DNA of 64,000 bases from Macrostomum lignano. Taxonomy: Eukaryota. Numbering within the stretch: position 1 is the stretch's first letter; every line of letters begins with the position of its first letter. A program made the position numbers and the translations under genes. Under the pieces are notes generated by a model. It was not told the DNA's origin, made no database searches, and saw only the letters and a program-made list of their open reading frames with translations. Positions 1 to 11,882 of this stretch are shown here, in pieces. The stretch covers positions 1 to 64,000 of the forward strand of contig NIVC01000936.1 of assembly GCA_002269645.1 (NCBI GenBank), read 5' to 3'.

Positions 1-226
1 ACATGCAGTATGGCATTGAGAAGTACAATAATTAAATGTAACTGGTTACATTGATGAAATGACCGAATTATAGATTACGTAAACTTATTCAAATTGCACA
101 TTTAAAATATTAGATTATGTACTTAAAAAACGCGAAAATCAAAAAATGAAAGCTGTCACAATACTAACTGATCAGTATCAGCAAATGAATGACAATAAAC
201 TTGACTTTTATTGCCTAAGCTAATTA

Positions 227-1032
227 ATATACCTTTTGATGAAAACTGCAACCAATTTGGCACGGCTCAGCCTGACCATAGACATAGAATTTTCCATAGA
301 CAGCCACCGCTAGCGGCAACCAATTTGGTAAAAACTGCGAGCTATTTTGCCAGCTTGAAGATAGCAGCTGCTCTGATGGCGAATCGTGGGCCGTACCAAA
401 AGATAAGTCAGCTGGATCGAGAGCGAATCGTGAGAGCGTACAGGAGTGGCGACGACTGGGGAGAGCTTGGCAGAATGATGGGGATGAAGAAACCGACAGT
501 GAGGAACATCGTGACCACGTATGAACGAACTGGTAGAGTTGGCACTCTGCCAAAAGGAGGAGTGAAGAGGATGGCGCTGACGGAGGCTATGGTGGACACC
601 ATTGTTCAATTCGTCGAAGGTCAACCTACTGCGACGCTGCAACAAATGAGAGAGCACCTGCTGCACCAACACAATGACGTTGCCAACGTGAGTCTGACCA
701 CTATGAGTCTGAGTCTGAGTCTGAGCAAGCACTGAACTGCATCATGCCTCTCAAGTGCCTGCGCTGGATCAACCATTCCCAGACGTACTTCAATCGGTGC
801 TTGAATGCTGAGGACATAATGTTCTGACTTCGTGCATGTATTGTTAACATTCTTTATCGTTATTGTTATGCTATTGAGCTGCTATCTTCAAGCTGGCAAA
901 ACAGCTCGCAGTTTTCACCAAATTGGTTGCCGCCAGCGGTGGCTGTCTATGGAAAATTGCTGCGGCTGCGTCAGGCTGAGCCGTGGCCAAATTGGTTGCA
1001 GTTTTTATCAAATAGAACGTAAAAAGGAATAT
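227..1032 (+). mobile_element. Internally deleted Tc1/IS630-superfamily DNA transposon with ~150-bp terminal inverted repeats
   Basis: 227-373 and 877-1032 are near-perfect reverse complements (GAAAACTGCAACCAATTTGG...GCCAGCTTGAAGATAGCAGC). TA dinucleotides flank the element at 225-226 and 1033-1034. The interior holds transposase N- and C-terminal fragments but no DDE core. Confidence 0.85.
376..827 (+). pseudogene. Truncated Tc1/IS630-type transposase (HTH DNA-binding domain plus C-terminal tail; catalytic domain deleted)
   Basis: 376-735 encodes a paired-like HTH (ISQLDRERIVRAYRSGDDWGELGRMMGMKKPTVRNIVTTYERTG). In another frame, 723-827 encodes EQALNCIMPLKCLRWINHSQTYFNRCLNAEDIMF*, which resembles transposase C-termini. 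Confidence 0.8.
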
Positions 1033-1368
1033 TAGTCCCTTTTCGCTTTTTAAATTAATTTTCCGTTTGTTTCTGCAACAGCTTTAATCCGCTCCATACT
1101 GCACATCACCTGGTACTGCCCAATGAAATGCGGTACACGTGCCGCACTTGTTTCTAGGAACGCAGATGTGACTCAAGAAATGATAGCCCGACCTTACCAA
1201 GTAAGCAACAAGGATATGATTAAAGCGATCGCGAAGCACGGAAAAACGAGTGTAGAAGGGGAGCAGTTTGAGATGGTGCGGCAACGGGACAGAATCGACC
1301 GGGAGTTTTTCGCGTTAAGTGCCGAGTGTCGGATGGACAATGGGGCCAGGCGATCCGACCCCGAAGGG

Positions 1369-2065
1369 TCACATAAGGTCGCAGCAGGCCCGACCGACTC
1401 CCTTGGCTTGGACAGGACCAGCTGCCTCCTTTGTCGGCGCTTTTGTTTTCGGCGATGCTGACCCATTCGAGCCTCCTGTTGGCGATTCGCTGCCGACGGA
1501 GGGGCGGACGAGGCGGCGGCTGGGGCGGACGTTGAAGCGACCAGCAGCTCCTCTGGCTCGTCGTCCGGCCCAGAGGAATCAGCAGCGTCGTCTGCAATGA
1601 TGGCAGCCACCGCCATCGACGGCGTCAGCAGTCCGACCGTGTCTTCGCGGAGTGTCGCCTCCAATGTAGCCGTCGTAGGATCTGCTGTCGCCTCTGTTGA
1701 TGCTGCTTCCGTTTTCTGTTCAGCTTCGTGCTCTGGTTTTTGCTCGGAATCGGTTTCCAACTGCGCCAGGTGAACAGAGTTCCGGATATGCGCGAATTTC
1801 TTAACAAACTGTCCGCCTGGCGGTCCAGGTCGCTGCCAGGTCGAAAAGGATTCTCCCTGTCTTTCCACGGCTCCTCGACGATCCCATCATCTTCGTTCTC
1901 GTTCTCGTCGTGGCTGGTCGGCGACGGAGCGATTCGAACGTGATGATTTGACGCCGAGTTGCTGTCTTGGTTGAGCCGCTTCTTTCGCAGGATCGGATGC
2001 GGCTGCTGCGTAGGCTCCAGCGGCTGTGGCTGCTGCTGCTGTTCCACACCCGGCGCTTCGTCCAT
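1369..2065 (-). CDS. Uncharacterised ~232-aa acidic/low-complexity protein ending in CCDLM* (CCaaX-like), broken by two single-base frameshifts (assembly error or pseudogene)
   Basis: ATG at 2065 is preceded by an in-frame TGA. Frame A is protein-like up to ENPFRPGSDLDRQADSLLRNSRISG (~1782), frame B gives NSVHLAQLETDSEQKPE...APPS (~1495), and frame C gives GSESPTGGSNGS...GVGRACCDLM* with the stop at 1371-1369. Confidence 0.6.
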
Positions 2066-3477
2066 TCACTTTTCTTAGTCCGGCTGAGGTTCAGAGCGCT
2101 AAAAGCAGTCGTCGACGACTGCGCCTTTGTTTTGTTTTCGTAGCAACAGAATTAGTGTTGTTCTTTCCCTGCGCTGCTGCCCGCGGGAGTCCCGATCCGG
2201 AGGGGCTTCGCGAATCGGCAGGGCAGTCACCGCTGGCGGCAGTGAATAAAAACAGAAAAAAAGACAGAGCCTGATTGCTTGTCTTGCCTTCGATCTTTTT
2301 TTTAGTTGGACTAGTCTTTCCTCCGCGTCTTGCTGGCACACTCGAGCTCTCTGTGTCTCTCAGCTGTCTCCGTCCCCGGCAACTCGCTGGCTATAGACTG
2401 GCTTATTTCAGCTGTCCCAAGTGGACGATTCCAGCGACAAGAGGTGCCGGCAATAACTGCTGCAGCATTTGCGACCGAGGTGCCGAGAGAGAGCGAGGGA
2501 GAGCTCGGTTCCCTCTCCGTCTCTATCTGAACTGGTTTGTGCCTTGCTCAGGTAAGCTGTCGAATGCGCGACAAGAAACTGCGATGCAGATCTCAGCAAT
2601 GCGGGATATCGAATCAAAAGCAGGGGAAGCGACAAAACAGAGACTGGGAGTATCGATTTCCAGCTACTTATTTCGTCGCGTGCACAAGCGTCACTGGCTT
2701 TTGTTGGGTGCTTGTCGGCCCCGATTGCTTTTTTGCTCGAGTTCTCCAATCAGGGGTTGAGACAGGGTTTTTCTCTGGACAAGGTAGAGTTGAGTTTCCC
2801 TCTCTCTCTCTGCTCCGCACACTAGTGTTGAGAAGAGTGCACGGTGGTGAGCAAGCGGCAGGGGCGGGGGTTGCCGCTTTGCTGCAGTGTCCGATTGGCC
2901 TCTCTGGTTATGCGCCGGTGGGAGGCTCTGAGAGACCCGGGCTTCTTCAAAGTCGACTTTACACTTTACAACACTACAGTAGGTATGTAGTTGATTGCTG
3001 CTGGGCGCAGTGTGGGAAGAATAGAGGGCGGGGTAGGGGAGTTTTTAAGCGAATGAAGGGCCAGAAAATAGGATGGCGAGGGTGGCTGGCCTGGTAAGCA
3101 TGCATTCACTCGGTCCGGACGGATTGGGTGGGGCTGGGGGAAGGGATCGCTGGCTATACGGACAGATCCCAGGCTACCCGCGTCTCCTGTCCCTCCCCAT
3201 CCCCTGCCCCGCCGCCTCTCAAAGCCCGCCGTCGCGGACCCCCTGCAGACAGGACGAAAATAGAGCAACTGCCTCCCCCCCCCGGGTGCGGCAAGCGAGG
3301 CTCGGGGAGACGAAGGACAGGGGGCAGGGCTGCTGGCCTTCCTTCTCTGCTGCTACAGATCCCAAACCCTGCCAACGCACTTTGACAGTCCAGCAGCAAG
3401 AAAGCCAATCAGGATTAGGAAGGAAAGCTGAATAATGCGAATATGCTTGAGTTCCATCCAGTTCCCCAAATCCACTA

Positions 3478-4008
<531 letters not shown>

Positions 4009-4220
4009 ATCATTAACTTGAAATTTCACTCATGATGCCGCACACACATCAAATGTTATCTAATTGTCTCTCGCTAGTTTCACAGCGTTGTCACAGCGGT
4101 GAATCGTTTGCAAGTAAGCTCGTACTTACAAATACAAATGACTACCAGGTATTCTCGTCTCTCGCCTCTTTCCTGAGTGACAACTCGCCCTTTGTTCACC
4201 ATCTACTCGAACAAGTAATC

Positions 4221-4705
4221 AGCTAATCTGCTTTCAGGTGAGCACACAATGACTAGCTAATCTGCTTTCAACTGAGCACACAATGACTAGCTAATCTGCT
4301 TTCAGGTGAGCACACAATGACTAGCTAATCTGCTTTCAGGTGAGCACACAATGACTAGCTAATCTGCTTTCAGGTGAGCACACAATGACTAGCTAATCTG
4401 CTTTCAGGTGAGCACACAATGACTAGCTAATCTGCTTTCAGGTGAGCACACAATGACTAGCTAATCTGCTTTCAGGTGAGCACACAATGACTAGCTAATC
4501 TGCTTTCAGGTGAGCACACAATGACTAGCTAATCTGCTTTCAGGTGAGCACACAATGACTAGCTAATCTGCTTTCAGGTGAGCACACAATGACTAGCTAA
4601 TCTGCTTTCAACTGAGCACACAATGACTAGCTAATCTGCTTTCAACTGAGCACACAATGACTAGCTAATCTGCTTTCAGGTGAGCACACAATGACTAGCT
4701 AATCT
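4221..4705. repeat. 34-bp tandem array (AGCTAATCTGCTTTCAGGTGAGCACACAATGACT), 14 copies plus a partial
   Basis: Exact 34-bp period; 11 units read CAGGTGAG and 3 read CAACTGAG. Confidence 0.97.
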
Positions 4706-5278
4706 CTGTTTCTGTCTCCGAGCAGACAGACTGCCACAAGGAAGGATAAGACTGGATAGTTGGGTTGAACACGTTTCATCATGGCGACGCCTCAGCTCGA
4801 TTCCTTCCGTACTCGCTTCCCTAACCACCGCCCCTCATCCAGTAGGCAGATTGCAGAGCTCACATTCCTCTCTCCCTTCCCAGCGCCCGGGCATCGCAAA
4901 GGCCTGAGGACTCAGCGTTGAGACACGCGCAGTTGCAAAGAATTTAGCGGACTAAAAGTCTCAGAACTTTCCAAATCCTGAAAGGTATTTATATATATAT
5001 ATTTGAGATTAAAAAACTGCGATCCAGAAATATTTTCTTTTTCAAATCAAGTTGGTCTCATATAAATTTGCATTTGGCATTTATTAATTCGGTAGACTTT
5101 AAAACAATTGAAAATTTTTAATTGGAATTTTGTCTTGAAATGATATTCTTATACTCGTAATGCTATTCAGGTCTGGTTGCAGTAATTGTTTAGAGACTCC
5201 TAATTTTCCATTGCTGTATTCGCTACTCATAGTAGACTATCAAAGGTGGCATTTATTTGCAGTTTTTTTTAATATTGT

Positions 5279-6115
5279 TTTGTGGATATTGTATTGTGGA
5301 CATTGGTTTGTGGATAATGGATTGTGGATATTGGATTGTGGGCATTGGATTGTGGATATTGGATTGTGGATAATGGATTGTGGACATTGGATTGTGGATA
5401 TTGGGTTGTGGATATTGGATTGTGCATATTGGATTCTGGATAATGGATTGTGGACATTGGATTGTGGATATTGGATTGTGGACATTGGATTGTGAACATT
5501 GGATTGTGGACATTGGATTGTGGATAATGGATTGTGGATATTGGATTGTGGACATTGGATTGTGGATATTGGATAGTGGATATTGGATTGTGGATATTGG
5601 ATTGTGAACATTGGATTGCGGATATTGGATTGTGTATATTGGATTGTGCATATTGGATTGTAAACATTGGATTGTGCATTTTGGATTGTGTATATTGGGT
5701 TGTGGATATTGGATTGTGCATATTGGATTCTGGATAATGGATTGTGGACATTGGATTGTGGATATTGGATTGTGGACATTGGATTGTGAACATTGGATTG
5801 TGGACATTGGATTGTGGATAATGGATTGTGGATATTGGATTGTGGACATTGGATTGTGGATTTTGGATTGTGGATATTGGATTGTGGACATTGGATTGTG
5901 GATAATGGATTGTGGATATTAGATTGTGGATATTGGTATGTGGATATTGGATTGTGGATGTTGGATTGTGGATATTGTATTGTGGACATTGAATTGTGGA
6001 TATTGGATTGTGGATATTGGATTGTGGATATTGGATTGTGGACATTGGATTGTGGGCATTGGATTGTGGATATTGGATTGTGGATAATGGATTTTGGATA
6101 TTGGATTGTGGACAT
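5279..6115. repeat. Degenerate 14-bp minisatellite (TTGGATTGTGGA[T/C]A) with an internal 294-bp (21-unit) duplication
   Basis: The variant block GGGTTGTGGATATTGGATTGTGCATATTGGATTCTGG occurs at ~5403 and ~5697. Confidence 0.95.
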
Positions 6116-6479
6116 GGACTGCCGATCCACATCCACATCCGAGCGCAGAGATTCCCCTGGGGAAGATAGTGGAGAAAAAACGCAGAGAGAAGACATCTGA
6201 CGACAGTTGGATGTCAGACGAATTGGAATTCCTTTTAAAGGGATCAAATTTCCGAATGCAGTGAAATTTGGGGGCCTGAGAAATAAATATTTGAATGGAT
6301 TACATACACATAAAGACAGCTTTGATTGGCTGCTCAGGAAAAAAGATTATTTCCATGTTCGAGAAGACTGAGGCCCACGCATGCAGCATTTATCCAATGT
6401 GCTATGAGACCCGTCATTGGCTGAGAAGGCTGTGCGTTTTCTAACACTTGATGCGGCCCCATAACTGTCGCGTGTTTAC

Positions 6480-6703
<224 letters not shown>

Positions 6704-6722
6704 CCAAAGCAGGCAGCCAATC

Positions 6723-9700
6723 ATGTTGGCCCAGCGGCGCCAGCAGCGATCCGGCGCCATCGCGCTGCCAACAATGGAAAGCGCGGGCGCCGGCGGCCGT
6801 CTCCAACGATTTCTGCGCCGATTCACATCGGCACCGTCCAGCCTGTTCGGCCAGGTGCGCCGGAAATCAGCCGCGGTGCTTGGCGGCCACCTGCCGGACG
6901 AGGCCAGCCAGCTGGAGCTTACGCTGTTCGCCAGGAGGCCGCGGACGGTCAGCCTGGCCAGCCTGGTTCAGCGGACTCGGTTCACCAGCCAGGAGCTCAA
7001 AGCGATCTACAGGCGCTTCAAGTCTGAGTGCCCGTACGGTACGGTTGGAATGTCTCAGTATCGGATAAAGGTCAATGATCAGGGATTATGGAGTTGATAT
7101 ATTAGATCATATGTGGTTAGATATTGGGACTTCAAAAGTGCAAAGTTAGGTATCAGATTTATAAGGTTACTGTGTGACGAGGTCACTGTGTGATGAGGTC
7201 AGTGTGTGATAAGGTCACTGTGTGATGAGGTCAGTGTTTGATGAGGTCAGTGTGTGATAAGGTCACTGTGTGATGAGGTCACTGTGTGATGAGGTCAGTG
7301 TGTGATGAGGTCAGTGTGTGATGAGGTCACTGTGTGATGAGGTCAGTGTGTAATGAGGTCAGTGTGTAATGAGGTCAGTGTGTAATGAGGTCAGTGTGTG
7401 ATGAGGTCATTGTGTGATGAGGTCATTGTGTGACGAGGTCATTGTGTGATGAGGTCACTATGTGATAAGGTCAGTGTGTAATGAGGTCAGTGTGTGATGA
7501 GGTCAGTGTGTAATGAGGTCATTGTGTGATGAGGTCAGGAGCCATGAGGTCAGGAGCCATGAGGTCAGGAGCCATGAGGTCAGGAGCCATGAGGTCAGGA
7601 GCCATGAGGTCAGGAGCCATGAGGTCAGGAGCCATGAGGTCAGGAGCCATGAGGTCAGGAGCCATGAGGTCAGGAGCCATGAGGTCAGGAGCCATGAGGT
7701 CAGGAGCCATGAGGTCAGGAGCCATGAGGTCAGGAGCCATGAGGTCAGGAGCCATGAGGTCAGGAGCCATGAGGTCAGGAGCCATGAGGTCAGGAGCCAT
7801 GAGGTCAGGAGCCATGAGGTCAGGAGCCATGAGGTCAGGAGCCATGAGGTCAGGAGCCATGAGGTCAGGAGCCATGAGGTCAGGAGCCATGAGGTCAGGA
7901 GCCATGAGGTTAGTTAATTATCATTAGTCGTTAGTCAGAGACATTGTTGGTTGGAAATATGACAGATAGAAGCTTTTAGGAAAATGATGGGAATAATAGC
8001 TAAATAGTAATTATAGCTAAATCATTTGCTTGATCCGGTACTTAAATTATAAAGCTTTCGATTCCCTTCCAAATTTCTCGATCGAGCGCATCTGCCGTCG
8101 CGTAGCAACTGTGCTGCTGGGATCGCAGCGCAGGGAATAGGCTGGGGGATTGGGAGAGAGACAGCTTAGAGGGGGGTAGGACCGGATCTGAGAAAGAAGG
8201 AATAGGGGAGCTGCCTAAGAAGCAGCAAAGAAGGCCAAGCGGGAGAGTGTCGGATCCAATTTCCTATCTCTCTCCGCACTTCGTGACGGGACTGCCAGTT
8301 TGTCAGTTTGCTTTTTTTTCAGTGGCTGCTGCAGCATTGAGAAAGCTCAGCCAGTGTTTTTTTCAGCTCCCGGTCCTGGTTCTATTTTAGCTCCCTGGTT
8401 GAAGTGCCTTGAAGTCATTTTCTTATTCTCACGATTGGCATTCTAATCTGGCCACTTTGACTAGCATTGCCTTCCCCGGCTCAGTATCCATTGTGTCTTT
8501 CTAGACAAAGTGCAAAAGAAAAAATACGGAAACTTCTGTATTTTTGTTCATACCAGTGGTTCAGTTTTCCTGCATAGATACTGTGGCAGGGAGACAAATA
8601 GGAGAAACAATCATATACGCTCATGAGTGAAGCATGAGGCATAAATGAAAAAATGTTTACTAGCCAAAGTGAAGTGAGGTTGGCTAGTTTGTACAGGCAG
8701 AGAAAGAGCCTGGGGTTGCTGGAGGGGCAGGAGTGGAATGAGGTTGGCTAGTTTGTACAGGCAGGGACAGGGCTTGGGGTTGCTGGAGGGGCAGAAGTGG
8801 AGTGAGGTTGGCTAGTTTGTACAGGCAGGGACAGGGCTTGGGGTTGCTGGAGGGGCAGAAGTGGAGTGAGGTTAGCTAGTTTGTACAGGCAGGGACAGGG
8901 CTTGGGGTTGCTGGAGGGGCAGGAGTGGAATGAGGTTAGCTAGTTTGTACAGGCAGGGACAGGGCTTGAGGTTGATGGAGGGGCAGGAGTGGAATGAGGT
9001 TAGCTAGTTTGTACAGGCAGGGACAGAGCCTGAGGTTGCTGGAGGGGCAGGAGTGAAATGAGGTTGGCCAGTTTGTATAGGCAGGGACAGGGCTTGGGGT
9101 TGCTTGAGGGGCAGGAGTGGAATGAGGTTAGCTAGTTTGTACAGGCAGGGACAGGGCTTGGGGTTGCTTGAGGGGCAGGAGTGGAATGAGGTTAGCTAGT
9201 TTGTACAGGCAGGGACAGAGCCTGAGGTTGCTGGAGGGGCAGGAGTGAAATGAGGTTGGCCAGTTTGTACAGGCAGGGACAGAGCTTGGGGTTGCTGGAG
9301 GGGCAGGAGTGAGTGAGGTTGGCCGGTTTGCACAGGCAGGGACAGGGCTTGGGGTTGTTAGGGGTTGGCTGGAACGAATTAGAGATAGATCGATAGGAAT
9401 TTACATTGCGGCAGAAAATACGAATATCGTGGCTTGAGTTCAGCATTCAGATGTGTAGATTTTTTCAACTCGATTACCACTCACTCTACTGCTCCCACCA
9501 TTAGGATTGATGCAAGAGGAGGTCCTGGAACGAATCCTGGCGCAGATCTTCCCGTTGGGAAATGCGCACACTTTCGCCCATTTCGTGTTCTGCGGCTTTG
9601 ATCGGGGCCGCACGGGCTCCGTTAGCTTTGAGCAGTTCGCCCTATGCCTCAACACCCTGCTGAAAGGCAGTCGGGAAGAACGCCTTGGGTGGATCTTCAA

Positions 9701-9959
9701 CATGTACGACACCAACAAGGACGGCGAGATCAACAGGCGGGAGGTCTTCGAAGTGGTGAGCTCCGTTTACGACCTTCTCGGCCATCGAGTCCGTCCGCCA
9801 GTGACTTCGGCGACGGTGGAGGAGCGAGCGGAGGCCGTTTTCCGCCAGCTGGACGCCGACGGGGACGGCGTCATCAGTTGGGAAGATTTCTGCTCCTACT
9901 TTCGCAGCAATCCGGCCATATTGATCGGCATGGACTCGCTGCAGACGCTGCTGGCTTGA
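6723..9959 (+). CDS. KCNIP: Kv channel-interacting protein (KChIP)-like neuronal calcium sensor, 256 aa, 2 coding exons (6723-7038, 9505-9959)
   Basis: The GTACGG...TTAG intron joins [20 protein letters not shown] to [20 protein letters not shown], colinear with KChIP [27 protein letters not shown]. EF-hand loops [12 protein letters not shown] and [12 protein letters not shown] are present. Total length 771 nt is in frame. Confidence 0.9.
7161..7530. repeat. Degenerate 16-bp tandem array (GTGTGATGAGGTCA[C/G]T) in the KChIP intron
   Basis: Direct reading. Confidence 0.93.
7529..7910. repeat. Perfect 15-bp tandem array (ATGAGGTCAGGAGCC), ~25 copies, in the KChIP intron
   Basis: Direct reading; it produces the spurious HEVRS/MRSGA ORFs. 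Confidence 0.98.
8676..9365. repeat. 64-bp G-rich tandem array, ~10.5 copies, in the KChIP intron
   Basis: GAGGTT[G/A]GCTAGTTTGTACAGGCAG recurs at 8676, 8740, 8804 and onward. Confidence 0.95.
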
Positions 9960-11160
9960 ATAAATTTGGCTACAAAACTCTTGAAGCGATTTTTTAAATT
10001 ATACGAGCCACCTTGAGCGTAAAATGAAAAAATGAAAAATGAGCTTCCAGAGCATGTTGGGTCGGCAAACTTTTTTACTCCAAGGGCCAGATAGAGAACC
10101 CAGAGCATAGCCGCGTGCCAGAGGAGGGGAGAGAGGAGAGTAGAGAAAAGAGAAGAGAGGAGAGGAGATTCGAGAGAAGGCAGATGAGAAGAGACACAAA
10201 CCTTGAGCGGTCCGGATTTCTATTGTAAAGTTTCAAAGGACCCGAGGGCAAGATGGAGAAAGATGGCTTTGCGGGCCGCATGTGGCACCTCGGGCAGGAG
10301 TTTGCCGACCCCTGCGGTAAGTACATGGATGATCTTATCAGACGTAAAGTTGCTTTTTAAGCGCATACTCAACAATTTCGCTCAAATTTAACTTTGAATG
10401 CTCTAAATGCTCGTGGGATGTGAGAAGCCTCTTGTTAGGCCAAAAATTACCTCAGATTCACTCCGGCTAAAGGTTTCTGACCAGCCCCCATTCTCATTTA
10501 TTCTTAAAACGCTGCCCCAAACCGAATCCCCAGGCCTGAGAGATGGGATTAATTAGGTCAAGTCTGGATTGAGCAGTGCTCACAGCAGGGCAGGGACTTC
10601 TCTAGCAGTATTTTGATTCGAAAAGATTGCCAATAGTATTTTATTATTTAGAGTCCAATCGATTGAGACGAACTCAAGATTAAATATGAAATCAATCAAT
10701 CAATTTTTTGCTAGCAAAGGCTTTTCTAGAGGGCAACCGCATCCAATGGAAGTCCGCATTGATGGGGCTCAGCTTCTAGCGAAACTGGCAGAAAAAAAGA
10801 TTTTCTGGCTTGGATCAGCCGCGGAAATCGAAGCAGCAACTTTTAGTAGCTGGATACAAACAAGAGAGGCACTTGCTGAGGCTGCTCTGCATCATAAAGC
10901 ACGCAACGAGACATACATGTAGTACACTGGGTTTCTCAAATAAAAAGGTGCCGAAATAAATGTATATCGTGACAGTCCCTCTCATCAGATAAGTTCCAAA
11001 GTCAACAGTTCAGTTGTAAACGTTTGTAATTTTTTGTCTGTAAAGTTTAAGCTTCAATTGATACCTGATAAAAACAGGTTTCGGGCTTCCTATATGCAAC
11101 ATTGCAGCCTTTTCGTCTATGAGGTCGGCTCAGGGCTGCTGTAACAATGTTAGATTGTTT

Positions 11161-11520
11161 CTATGGTTCTGGAGTCAGACTGGTAGATTGTGTTTATGGT
11201 CTTGGAGTCAGGCAATGGTAGAATGTGTCTATGGTCTTGGAGTCGGACAATGGTAGATTGTGTATGTGGTCTTGGAGTCAGGCAATGGTAGAATGTGTCG
11301 TTGGTCTTGGAGTCGGACAATGGTAGATTGTGTCTGTGGTCTTGGAGTCAGGCAATGGTAGATTGTGCCTATGGTCTTGGAGTCGGACAATGGTAGATTG
11401 TGCCTTATGGTCTTGGAGTCGGACAATGGTAGATTGTGCCTTATGGTCTTGGAGTCGGACAATGGTAGATTGTGCCTTATGGTCTTGGAGTCGGACAATG
11501 GTAGATTGTGCCTATGGTTT
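11161..11520. repeat. ~35-bp tandem array (ATGGTCTTGGAGTCGGACAATGGTAGATTGTGCCT), ~10 copies
   Basis: Direct reading. Confidence 0.93.
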
Positions 11521-11882
11521 TTGAGGTAGACAATGACTATTTTTCATGAGTTGCGAAGCTCGATGAAAACTTATCCGATCAGAGGTTCTTTTTTTATTGA
11601 GACACCCATTATATCTAGTGCACTGTGGTTTTTTAGCAGACACTAGCACAATAAAGGCTACGCTTGAGACCATTCGTATTCTCGGTGACAACTGCAGTGC
11701 AATCTGATTTAAAAGTAGTCAGGGAAACAACAACTTCTTGTTTTAGATTTGCCACAGACTAAAGGACTTGCGTAATCATAGGTTGGCCCTACGCAAAGCT
11801 CAATATGTAGCGTTGCAGCAGTGAGATTCACTAGGCTGACTGCCTCCTCATCCCGGTGCCACGCCCCTCACGCTGGCTAGCC

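Noticed and set aside
10686-10922. 78-aa ORF, and the 146-aa ORF at 21335-21775
   Set aside because: No motif or splice support; possibly decayed transposon fragments.
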